NCBI GenBank assembly: GCA_037442105.1
Contig: JBBIQV010000012.1
Location: forward strand, 1 to 64,000
Source of the DNA: Nitrospiraceae bacterium
Lineage (GTDB): Bacteria; Nitrospirota; Nitrospiria; Nitrospirales; Nitrospiraceae
Length of the DNA: 64,000 nucleotides
Direction: 5' to 3'
Shown here piece by piece: positions 42,247-51,259 of the stretch. The notes under the pieces are model-generated. The model was not told the origin of the DNA and did no database searches. It saw only the letters and a program-made list of their open reading frames with translations. Each line of letters opens with the position of its first letter. The stretch's first letter is position 1. Made by a program: the position numbers and the translations under genes.

Positions 42247-42449
42247 CTCGCTTGATAGGGCGATGATATAAGATCATGCATCTGATAAGTCAAATGATGA
42301 ACAGTCATGCCCATGTAAAATTCTTATAAAATAGTTTTAACTCAGCAACTTACAATGTAATTTTTTAAAATTTTGATAAGATTAAATGATTGTTGTCTAA
42401 TAGCCAAAGCTATCGGTGGGAGGAGGACTGGCTCACCAAGGGCGCAAGG

Positions 42450-42540
42450 CCTGTCTGCGTGCACCGCACAGGCAGGGAATCCGCCTAGCCATGGCGAAGG
42501 CGGATGAAGCCGCCCTACGGAGCTGTCTACCGGCAGGCGG
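42450..42540. repeat. cluster of short REP-like hairpins
   Basis: CCTGTCTGCG-TGCAC-CGCACAGGCAGG, TCCGCCTAGCCATGGCGAAGGCGGA, CTGTCTACCGGCAGGCGG; related CCTGTCGGCAGACAGG at 32273-32288. Confidence 0.55.
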
Positions 42541-42688
42541 ACCAATGCAGGGCCAGTGTGTGCGGTGGGAGTGCGACGATCAGCAATCATTTCTGCCATC
42601 CTCGGTTGCGATAGGACGATGGGATTTGTCGATGTTCGGCCGTTGCGGCCGAACGGGGCGGGCGTGGCTGAGGAAAGCCGGTAGCTCT

Positions 42689-44002
42689 TCAGCGGGAAAG
42701 ACCGACGACTTGAGTCGTACTGACCGCCTTGACGATTTTGGTCTGCCGCAACGAGTCAAGGAACCGATCGGGGGGATTCGGCGGAGGCAGCATGACCTCC
42801 ACTGGGTACCACCCGGCATTGACCGGACCCCTTCGGCCACGAACTTCCTCGACCATGTGTTGGATGCTTTCTTCCGAGGTCCCCTCGTGGAAGGAGACCC
42901 AAAATGTGAGCGGTGACCTGCTGGTCTCGCTGTGCGACTCCGCGATCTGGATCGGCGGATTCTCGGCTTTGGGTGTGCCCGCCACCGCCGGGTTGGATTC
43001 TACCGCCGGCATGGCCTTGGATACGTCTACCCCGGCGGACTTCAGCTTGTCTTTCAATTCGCGGTTCTGCGTTCCGAGATCCGCAACTTCCTTGGTCAAC
43101 ATGTCGTTGGCGATCGTCAGGCTCTGTAGCTCTGCGCGCAGTTGTTCCCGCTCCTCTTGAGCTTTGCTCAACAAAAGGCGAGTGAGGCTTTCGACCTCTC
43201 GTTGGACGCCCTTATGCCGGCTCCCCGCTTCTCGTTGAACGGTCAAGACATTCGTGTTCAACCGTTCCTGAGTTTTCGTGACGACTTCGAGGGTCCGGCG
43301 GAGGTCGGTGATCTCTTCCTGCTGGGTCCGGACGGTCTCAAGCGCAACACCCAATTGATGAACCACGTCATCGAGTTTGTTCTGCAGCCGATCGAAATCT
43401 GCCCGCGGCAGTTGAGCCTTTTGCACCATGCCGGCCGAAGTATCAGCAACCCCCTCCGTCACAGCGCCTTGCGGCTGCCACCAATCCAAACTTCGATCGG
43501 CCAACAGAAAGAGAACGGCAGCGGCCAAAACGGCGTGACTGATTGCCCAGGCCTTAGGCCAAGCGGGGCCGGCCGATCGCTCGCCGGTGGCGAGTCCTGT
43601 GAGGGCTGCCCGAACACCGAGCAAGCGTGGCAACCAGGCCGGCGCCGCCTGATACGAGACCTTCAAACTCCCTCCGTCGGCGCGATTGTGAACCGTGATC
43701 TCGATGGTCTGGCGGGACCAGGTGAACTGGCCGGTCTTGACCCCCATCTCCTGCTCTTGCGCGCACATTCCCGCCACCAATGTGCCGGTGTCCGAGCGGA
43801 TCTCCACCATCTGAACGCGACGCTCGCGACTCGCGTAGACGAGTGTCGGCCTCTTCGCGGCGCAGTCGAGGGTCCCGATGCACTCCTGGTTGACAAACAC
43901 CTGGAGGCAATCGACATCCTTCGTGCGTTCCGGGCGGAGCTGCCGCCGAAGCCTCTCAAGCAGTCGGTCGCGATAGCGGTCGAGGTGAGTGTGCTGTTCC
44001 AT
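42689..44002 (-). CDS. hypothetical single-TM protein with long coiled coil
   Basis: TM AWAISHAVLAAAVLFLLA, heptad-rich region, small C-terminal alpha/beta domain. Confidence 0.75.
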   Translation of the reverse strand: MEQHTHLDRYRDRLLERLRRQLRPERTKDVDCLQVFVNQECIGTLDCAAKRPTLVYASRERRVQMVEIRSDTGTLVAGMCAQEQEMGVKTGQFTWSRQTIEITVHNRADGGSLKVSYQAAPAWLPRLLGVRAALTGLATGERSAGPAWPKAWAISHAVLAAAVLFLLADRSLDWWQPQGAVTEGVADTSAGMVQKAQLPRADFDRLQNKLDDVVHQLGVALETVRTQQEEITDLRRTLEVVTKTQERLNTNVLTVQREAGSRHKGVQREVESLTRLLLSKAQEEREQLRAELQSLTIANDMLTKEVADLGTQNRELKDKLKSAGVDVSKAMPAVESNPAVAGTPKAENPPIQIAESHSETSRSPLTFWVSFHEGTSEESIQHMVEEVRGRRGPVNAGWYPVEVMLPPPNPPDRFLDSLRQTKIVKAVSTTQVVGLSR

Positions 44003-44891
44003 TGTGTGTTACTCCTTCTTTCGACAACAAGAAGGTCATCAATTTTCCTTTCTGTGGCGGATGCACGTGCAGGTCCACGCACAGCTTGGTCATGCCGTTG
44101 AGTACCTCACGGCGCAGATCGCACACGGTGAGCAGGCACTCGCCGCACAAGGCCAAATGCCACACCCGGTAATCGCGACCGAAATCTTCACGGAACAACT
44201 CTTCCCATTGTCGGTGTGAGAGACAGGGATAATGCTCCGGCTCGCTTTTGCGGTAATGCGCATGGAGGAGGCGGATCAACCGACTTACTTCCGTATTGAC
44301 GCGTTCAGGGTGTCGGCTCTGTCGTTCCTCAATCTCTTCCAGCTCGGTCTCCGTCAAACCTATCTCATCCATGGTCCGCTGCCAGCCGCCCTGGCGCCAC
44401 CGTTCGAAGTTCTTGTAGACCCGTTGACTCTCGGCCAGCCCGAGTCCCAATACCTTGACGACCTGCGCCTGGCTGAATCCGTAGAAGTGGTGAAACAGCG
44501 CCATCAAAGTGTCGCGACTGACCACGGAGCGAGAAACCAGCCCGTCCAGAAAACGGCCCAGCGGCGACATCAGGTCTTTGTGGTAGCACAAGGGGTCAGG
44601 CTGGCTATAGAACTTGGCGATCTGACTCTCCAGGAGGAAGAAGGGACGGCACGGAACCTCGCTCCGCCCGCACACCAAAAACCGTTCGACAAGCTCGTAC
44701 CCCCAACGAAGTGCCAACTTCTCATGGCTGATATCGTCCGCCCACTGCTCGGTCTCTCGGAGAAACCGCCGTGTCTGAGCCGTTGCCTGATCCAGCAGTT
44801 CCGGCAAACTCTCTGCCGCAAACCGGTCGAACTCCTCAACACTAGTCACGATATGGCCCGTTCGGGCCGATAAGTCGGGGGCCTCATTCAT
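43956..44891 (-). CDS. hypothetical protein with sigma70 region-4-like HTH and HxxxCxxC zinc motif
   Basis: HHFYGFSQAQVVKVLGL; C-terminal WHLALCGECL. Confidence 0.7.
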   Translation of the reverse strand: MNEAPDLSARTGHIVTSVEEFDRFAAESLPELLDQATAQTRRFLRETEQWADDISHEKLALRWGYELVERFLVCGRSEVPCRPFFLLESQIAKFYSQPDPLCYHKDLMSPLGRFLDGLVSRSVVSRDTLMALFHHFYGFSQAQVVKVLGLGLAESQRVYKNFERWRQGGWQRTMDEIGLTETELEEIEERQSRHPERVNTEVSRLIRLLHAHYRKSEPEHYPCLSHRQWEELFREDFGRDYRVWHLALCGECLLTVCDLRREVLNGMTKLCVDLHVHPPQKGKLMTFLLSKEGVTHNGTAHSPRPLSRPTA

Positions 44892-45093
44892 GCTATGTGC
44901 TCAGGATAAAAGGTTGCTCATGCGACGCAAATAATTATGGTCCTCGCCCATATCCTGATGCAACTGGACATTTTTCGACCGGAGGGAGCGAATTTGTCTA
45001 TTGGGTCAGCGAGCGGATTCTTGGTAAGGCTGACACGAAGCCCCGCATAGTGCGGCGGCAACTTTTACCTATCATAATGAGGGAGGGTTCGAT

Positions 45094-45324
45094 ATGAAAC
45101 GGCTCAGTGGGTTAATGGCATTGGCGGTGCTGTTGAGCTTTGGGACGTTGACCTACGCTGGCGACCCGGCTCCCGCTGACGGAAAAGAGAAGAAAGAATC
45201 GGTCGGGGGCAAGCTGGTTTATGCCGGTGATGAGAAGAAGGAGGAAAAGAAGGGGGACAAAGGCGGCAAGCTCATCTTCGCGGATGACGAGAAGAAGAAG
45301 GAAGAGAAGAAGGGGGGCAAGTAA
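45094..45324 (+). CDS. small secreted Lys/Glu-rich repeat protein
   Basis: GAGGGAGGG RBS, signal peptide, repeats GGKL(V/I)(Y/F)A.DEKK. Confidence 0.75.
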   Translation: MKRLSGLMALAVLLSFGTLTYAGDPAPADGKEKKESVGGKLVYAGDEKKEEKKGDKGGKLIFADDEKKKEEKKGGK

Positions 45325-45332
45325 TGGAATGT

Positions 45333-45360
45333 GGGGGCGCGGCAGAAAGCCGCGCCCCCG
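45333..45360 (+). terminator. GC-rich hairpin after the small gene, possible terminator
   Basis: GGGGGCGCGGC-AGAAA-GCCGCGCCCCC; weak U tract. Confidence 0.5.
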
Positions 45361-45387
45361 TCTTCCGCATCCCTTCCGGAGAGAGCG

Positions 45388-45711
45388 ATGAGACGATCAG
45401 TCTCAACCCTGGCGCTGACCAGCTTGCTGGCGCTTCTTACCTTCTTCTCAATTGCGAAAGCAGCCGACAGTCCGGGAGCGAACCCGCAGGTCTTGAGGGG
45501 TGAGATTCTGATGCTCACCATGGATCTGGTGGTCGTCAAGGACGCGCAAGGCAGCACCACGCTCGTTCCGCTTGGCAAAGGGGCCAAGGTCGATCAGGCC
45601 ATCAAGGTGGGCGATCATGCCGAGGTCCGAGTGACAGGAGCCGGCGAAGCGGAGGCCGTGACCAAATCGTCTGCCCAGCCAAACCGGCAATCACAGCCTA
45701 AAGCCGACTAA
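45388..45711 (+). CDS. small secreted protein, beta-rich (OB-fold-like)
   Basis: Signal peptide ending AKA; IKVGDHAEVRVT. Confidence 0.65.
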   Translation: MRRSVSTLALTSLLALLTFFSIAKAADSPGANPQVLRGEILMLTMDLVVVKDAQGSTTLVPLGKGAKVDQAIKVGDHAEVRVTGAGEAEAVTKSSAQPNRQSQPKAD

Positions 45712-45734
45712 CGCTCGGCACTTGCAACTCTGAA

Positions 45735-47520
45735 TCACAGCACGTCGCTCCAGGGCGGACTCACCGCAAAGGCAGCGTTGATCATGCCGACGTGCGAATA
45801 GGCCTGGGGAAAGTTTCCACATTGGGTGCCGGTCGCCGGGATGAAATGTTCGGACAACAGGCCCACGTGATTTCCCGCGGCCAAGACTCGAGCAAGAATG
45901 TTCTTCGCCGCCGGGATGTGGCCCAGCCGCGCGAGGGCCTGTGCGACCCAGAACGAGCAAATGACGAACGCTGACTCAGGCTTGCCGAAATCGTCTTCCC
46001 GGACGTAGCGGTAAAAGAATCCCGTGTCGACGTTCCCCGGTCGAACCGCCAGCTCGCGGGCGATCTGCAGCGTCGTCGCCTCGCAGAGTTGCCGGTTTGG
46101 GTAGCCCAGAATAGCCAGTTGGGAGAGGGCGGCGTCGTAGCTGCCGTCGGTCGGGCCGTTGCGGACAGCGCCTTCGTGGGTTGCCCGGAGCAACGCCTCC
46201 GCGGCACGGATGCGAGCACCGGCGAGGTCGAGCGAGAGCGCGGAAAGATGCCCAGCTTGCTTGATGCGTTCGAGACGCTCGAGCCCGGCCCAACACATCA
46301 AGTTGGTAAAGGAATGTTCCCGCCAGCCGTTGCGAAATTCCCAGAGCCCCGCATCGGGCTGTCCGATGCTGCGAGCGCACAAGGTCGCGAGGTGAGCGAG
46401 GAGCGTTTCCAGCTCCTTGGCCCGCAGATCATAGAAGCGCTCGTCGAAAAAAATGGGAGCAAAGGTCAGCACCATCTCGCCATAGGCATCGTTCTGCACT
46501 TGCTCTGCCGCCTGATTGTGACTTCGGACAGGCTGGCTCCCATGATACCCCTGCCAGTTGGGATGTTCGGTTTCCGGGAGAGGAAGGCTCTGGCTCAGGC
46601 TGTACACCGGGCGGAGGCGGTCTTTGGAATGTTCATGGGCAAGGGCGATATTCAGCAGGAATTTGAGGAAGGCTTCCATCTCCTCAAAGTGGCCGAGGTT
46701 ATGAAAGGCCGTGAGCGCGAAATAAGCGTCCCGCAGCCAACAATAACGGTAATCCCAGTTCCGCCGGCCGCCGGGCTGTTCGGGAAGGCTGGTCGTCAGG
46801 GCGGCGAGAATCGCGCCGGTATCTTCGAAGCAATGGAGCTTGAGCGCCAACGCGGACCGAATGACTTCCTGCTGGTGGAGCAAAGGGACGGAGCAATTCT
46901 TGACCCAGGTCCGCCAGTAGCGGGTGGTTTGGTCGAGGAACTCGTGGGTCACCTTAACCAGGTCGTCTTCGATGCCGAGTCCCCACGTGAGGCCGAAATA
47001 GAGCTTTTGGGTCAGGGCCACAGGCGTGTCTTCGCACAGGTAGGTGAGCGGCATGTTGGTCAGCAGGCGAAGCACCTCTCCACGGATGTCGTACCGGAGA
47101 TGGCTACTCCCACGGACAGGGCGGACCGGCTCTTTCTCCCAGCCGGAGACCGGGCGGCAGCTCACACGAATTGAGGGGGTGCCGGTCAACGCCTCCACGA
47201 TGCGGAACAAGGCCGCAGGGCGGTACATGCGCCCGTACTGCTCGAAGCGCGGGCAGAAATCGGTGATCTGGAACGACTCCCCGTTGTGTAAGGAGACGGT
47301 CGTGAGTAGGATGTTGGTGTTCGGCAAGTACCGTTGCGACGACATGACCGGCTCGGGGGGAGCGGAACAGGTGATGGCGAAGTGCCCCCCCTTCAGGGTC
47401 GAGCAGTCGGCCGAACACCGGCGCGCTGTCCGGGCGAGGCAGACACATCCAGTCGATGGAACCCTCGGCGCTGACGAGCGCCGACGCATGGCAATTGCCG
47501 ATCAGGCCATAGGGATACAT
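45735..47520 (-). pseudogene. glycoside hydrolase family 15 (trehalase/glucoamylase-like), frameshifted at a G7 tract
   Basis: YGLIGNC..SALV...GSIDWMC.PR.DS..VF..LLDPEGG in one frame; RNWDYRYCWLRD, GLWE, GNFPQAYSH in another; switch at 47385-47391. Confidence 0.85.
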
Positions 47521-47574
47521 ATAGCCTGACAATAGGTGATTTGATCTCCGAAGTAAACTAGCTGGCTTGGCGCG

Positions 47575-49803
47575 ATGAGACTCTCGCTCCGCTTCGTCTT
47601 GCCCCTTGTGCTGGTTCTCGCCGGCATTGCGTACGCCGTCATCCCACTGGTCGATACGTTGACCTTGAAGTGGTTTGTGCGCGATCTGGACATGCGATCC
47701 AAGCTGATTGCCAGGACGATGGAAACTCCCTTGGCCGAGCTGGTGGCCTCGGAGTCAAAAGCCAAGGTGCTTAAGTATCTGCACCGGATCATCCAGGATG
47801 AGCGGTTGTACGCGCTGGGGTTCTGTGATCCGGCCGGTCATCTGCTCTATAAGACCGAGACTTGGCCGGCGGAGATCTCGTGCGAAAAGGTCGCCATAGT
47901 CCGACCGGATTCATCAACCGTGTTGAAGGTGAGTCGCGGTCCCCTGCACGTGGCGTCGGCGTCGATTGACGCGGAGGGGCGCACCATAGGCCGCCTGCTG
48001 CTCGTGCACGACATGAGTTTCGTGCAGCAACGCAGCAGCGACACCAAGTGGTATCTCTTCTACCTGTTCGTGGCGCTGAGCGTGGTGATCTCGCTCGTGA
48101 CCGTCCTCGTGGCCCACCTCAGTTGGCGAGGCTGGGTGGCGGGGGTCCGGGCCATGCTGAAGGGTGAAGGCCTGCTGACGCCGATCGCACCGGCGCACAG
48201 ACCGGAGTTGCAGCCTGTCGCGCAGGACCTCCGCGCCTTGGTCCGTGATCTGGAAGCCGATCGCCGCATGCGGGACGAAAGCCGGATCAGTTGGACGCCT
48301 ACTGCGCTTCGCGCCATCCTCCACGACCAACTGGCCGGAGATGAAGTCTTGATCGTCGCGAATCGGCAGCCCTACATACATAACCGGCGTGGGCAGCAGA
48401 TCGACATTCAACTGCCGGCGAGCGGGGTCGTCGTCGCGCTGGAACCGATCATGCGGGCCTGTTCCGGGGTCTGGATTGCGCACGGGAGCGGGTCCGCGGA
48501 TCGCGACGTGGTGGACGCGCACGACCACATCCGTGTGCCGCTGGAGAATCCGACCTACGAGCTTCGGCGGGTCTGGATGAATCCGGAGGAAGAAGCCGGG
48601 TACTACTACGGGTTCGCCAATGAAGGGCTGTGGCCGCTGTGCCACCTGGCCCATATCCGGCCTGCGTTCCGCTCCTCTGATTGGAAACACTATGTCACGA
48701 TCAACGAACGGTTCGCCGCCGCCGTTCACCAAGAAGCGAAGACGAAAGACCCCGTCATTCTGGTGCAGGATTACCACTTCGGCTTGCTGCCGAAGATGAT
48801 TCGAGAGCGGTTGCCGAACGCCACGATCATCACCTTTTGGCATATTCCTTGGCCCAACGCGGAGCGCTACAGCATCTGTCCCTGGCGTGTAGAAATTCTC
48901 GAAGGCCTCCTGGGCAGCAACATCCTCGGATTCCACACCCGCGCCCATTGCAACAACTTCCTCGACAGCGTGGACCGGCTCCTCGAAGCCCGCATCGATC
49001 GCGGAGATTCGACGATCTCCTACGGCGGCAAATTGACGGCCGTGAACGCCTATCCGATCTCCATCGAATGGCCCCCACGGTGGGTGCGGGAGCAACGGCC
49101 TGTGGCCGAGTGCCGCGTGCGTATCAGAGCGAAGTATGGACTGCCTCCCGATCTTCTCGTGGGCATCGGCGTCGAGCGACTCGACTACACCAAAGGGGTG
49201 ATCGAACGGTTCCTCGCCGTGGAACGGCTCTTGGAGCTCGAGCCGCAATGGATCGGCAAGTTCTCCTTCGTTCAATTGGCCGCTCCCAGCCGAACGAAAA
49301 TCGAGCAGTATCACCGCTTCCATGATGAGGTGAGCGCGCTTGCCGATCAGATCAACAAACGATTCGGACGGGATGGGTATCAGCCAATCCACTTGGAGAT
49401 TCGGCACCATGAGCCTCCGGACGTGTTCGAGCACTACCGCGCGGCCGATCTGTGCGTGGTCAGCAGCCTCCATGACGGCATGAATCTGGTCGCCAAAGAA
49501 TTTGTCGCCGCGCGCGACGACGAGCAAGGCGTACTCATCCTCAGTCAATTCACCGGCGCTTCGCGGGAACTGACCGAGGCAGTGATTGTGAATCCCTACG
49601 ACATCGACGAGTGTGCTGCGGCGATCTTTCTGGGGCTCACGATGCCGTCGGCCGAACAGCGCGCCCGCATGCGCAGCATGAGGGGCCTGATCCAGGAGTT
49701 CAACGTCTACCGCTGGGCCGGGAGGATGCTGATGGATGCCGCCCGAATTCGCCAGCGCCAGCGGGTGATGCAGCAGGTGGGCCAACCGAATCTGCTCCTG
49801 TAA
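47575..49803 (+). CDS. otsA: trehalose-6-phosphate synthase with N-terminal TM-periplasmic-TM domain
   Basis: ANRQP, YYYGFANEGLWPLCH, QDYH, FWHIPWP, ERLDYTKG, DGMNLVAKE. Confidence 0.92.
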   Translation: MRLSLRFVLPLVLVLAGIAYAVIPLVDTLTLKWFVRDLDMRSKLIARTMETPLAELVASESKAKVLKYLHRIIQDERLYALGFCDPAGHLLYKTETWPAEISCEKVAIVRPDSSTVLKVSRGPLHVASASIDAEGRTIGRLLLVHDMSFVQQRSSDTKWYLFYLFVALSVVISLVTVLVAHLSWRGWVAGVRAMLKGEGLLTPIAPAHRPELQPVAQDLRALVRDLEADRRMRDESRISWTPTALRAILHDQLAGDEVLIVANRQPYIHNRRGQQIDIQLPASGVVVALEPIMRACSGVWIAHGSGSADRDVVDAHDHIRVPLENPTYELRRVWMNPEEEAGYYYGFANEGLWPLCHLAHIRPAFRSSDWKHYVTINERFAAAVHQEAKTKDPVILVQDYHFGLLPKMIRERLPNATIITFWHIPWPNAERYSICPWRVEILEGLLGSNILGFHTRAHCNNFLDSVDRLLEARIDRGDSTISYGGKLTAVNAYPISIEWPPRWVREQRPVAECRVRIRAKYGLPPDLLVGIGVERLDYTKGVIERFLAVERLLELEPQWIGKFSFVQLAAPSRTKIEQYHRFHDEVSALADQINKRFGRDGYQPIHLEIRHHEPPDVFEHYRAADLCVVSSLHDGMNLVAKEFVAARDDEQGVLILSQFTGASRELTEAVIVNPYDIDECAAAIFLGLTMPSAEQRARMRSMRGLIQEFNVYRWAGRMLMDAARIRQRQRVMQQVGQPNLLL

Positions 49804-49815
49804 GCGAGCGGGACG

Positions 49816-50604
49816 ATGCAGTATCTCTTCACGGAAGCCGGCAAGCGACGGTTGAGCGAATTGGCTCGCCCGTCCACCCTCTTCGCGTTCGACTTCGACG
49901 GCACCCTCTCGCAGATCGTGCGGCAACACCAGGAGGCGCAGCTCGCTCCGCTGATTCGGACTCAGCTCGTGGAACTGGGAAAGGTCGCGCCGACGGCGAT
50001 TCTCTCCGGCCGCTCGCTCGCCGATCTGCAGGCACGCGTGGACGGAGCGGCGGCGCACCTGGTCGGCAATCATGGGCTGGAAGGCCTTGGCGCCTCATCC
50101 GAGGCGTTGCAACGGGCTCGCGACACCTGCCTGGCATGGATGCACCAAGTGGAGGCGCGATGCATGCCCTTGTTCACGCAGATCGGGGTGACGGTCGAGG
50201 ACAAGACCTACTCCCTGGCGATCCATTACCGCACGGCCCGGTGGAAGCCTGCCGCCAAGCATGCCATCAGGCAGTTGTTACCGCTGCTCTCCCCTGCGCC
50301 GCGCGTGCTGCCGGGAAAATCGGTGTGGAATCTCCTCCCGCCTGACGCGCCGCACAAGGGCACGGCGCTGCTCGCTCTCATGACTCGGCTGGGCTGCAGG
50401 GCGGCCCTGTACATCGGCGATGACGACACGGATGAAGATGTCTTCGCGCTGCCTGACAAACGTATTGTGACAGTCCGGATCGGACTAAAGAGAGACTCCG
50501 CAGCCCAGTTCTTACTCCACCGACGTTCCGAGATCACCACATTGCTTCAGTACTTGACGAACGTCTGCGATCAGAAAGATTGGAAAGACACGAGAGCGGG
50601 CTGA
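49816..50604 (+). CDS. otsB: trehalose-6-phosphate phosphatase
   Basis: FDFDGTL, SGR, GNHGLE, HKG, IGDDDTDED. Confidence 0.92.
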   Translation: MQYLFTEAGKRRLSELARPSTLFAFDFDGTLSQIVRQHQEAQLAPLIRTQLVELGKVAPTAILSGRSLADLQARVDGAAAHLVGNHGLEGLGASSEALQRARDTCLAWMHQVEARCMPLFTQIGVTVEDKTYSLAIHYRTARWKPAAKHAIRQLLPLLSPAPRVLPGKSVWNLLPPDAPHKGTALLALMTRLGCRAALYIGDDDTDEDVFALPDKRIVTVRIGLKRDSAAQFLLHRRSEITTLLQYLTNVCDQKDWKDTRAG

Positions 50605-50709
50605 GGTGGTTCCGGAAGATCTTTGGACAGGGTTCGACTCCGGACGCCTCCTTCGCCTGGTGACGAACTGCAACGTCGGACAGGCTTCTGGAAGCCAACT
50701 CCCTCCCCA

Positions 50710-50738
50710 TTGACACGTTTTTCTAATGGGCGTAAGAA
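50710..50738 (+). promoter_or_regulatory. sigma70-type promoter of RNA unit A
   Basis: TTGACA-N17-TAAGAA. Confidence 0.7.
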
Positions 50739-50744
50739 GAATGT

Positions 50745-51170
50745 GCGGCCCAACAATTATCGAGTTGCAGGGGGACCGGACAGGCCGCGCGGCTGTCAGC
50801 TAGATCCCCTGGGATACTTGAAAAGGGAGGAGGGTAGCGATGGACGACCTGACTCCACCTGGCTTAAACGGCCCGCCGACTCGATGGCGGGTTTCTGCTC
50901 GGTCGTGCTAGCCGATTCTCCACTGGCTGTGTCCTAACGGCACCATAGACCACCTGGTTATCAGCCTGAGCACGTAGCGGAGAATCAGACGCTGGCGCGA
51001 GGAACACAAGCGCCTGGGACGAGTTTTTCCCCCGACCGGAATCCACGCTGTTCGTCATCGCGCGGGTCTTTTTGTTGGGCCGAGAAAAATGAACAGACCT
51101 TTCGGCGTCCTAAGCGCCACCCGCGGGCGGCCTCCCTCCACAGTCTAGACAGGCCGCCCGTGCAGTTTCT
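50745..51170 (+). ncRNA. putative structured RNA, copy A (family not recognised); contains a 23-codon sORF at 50840-50911
   Basis: Homologous to 51260-51690 with compensatory changes in stems; G-U pairs imply the + strand; terminal hairpin 51122-51162. Confidence 0.7.
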
Positions 51171-51224
51171 GCTTCGAGGTCCGAAAATAAGTGATGTTCT
51201 TCTCTGACGAGCCGTGCTCCCATG

Positions 51225-51253
51225 TTGACACCTTTTTTGAAGAGGAGTAAAAA
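51225..51253 (+). promoter_or_regulatory. sigma70-type promoter of RNA unit B
   Basis: TTGACA-N17-TAAAAA at the same relative position as in unit A. Confidence 0.7.
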
Positions 51254-51259
51254 GAAGTA

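Noticed and set aside
32000..42700. attR duplicate of the tmRNA 3' end
   Set aside because: No second CGCCTCCACCA-like copy found by eye downstream of the island
50909..50980. Pyrrolysine or stop readthrough at the conserved TAG
   Set aside because: Downstream frames of the two copies diverge through a 1-nt indel and hit stops; no pyl genes in the window
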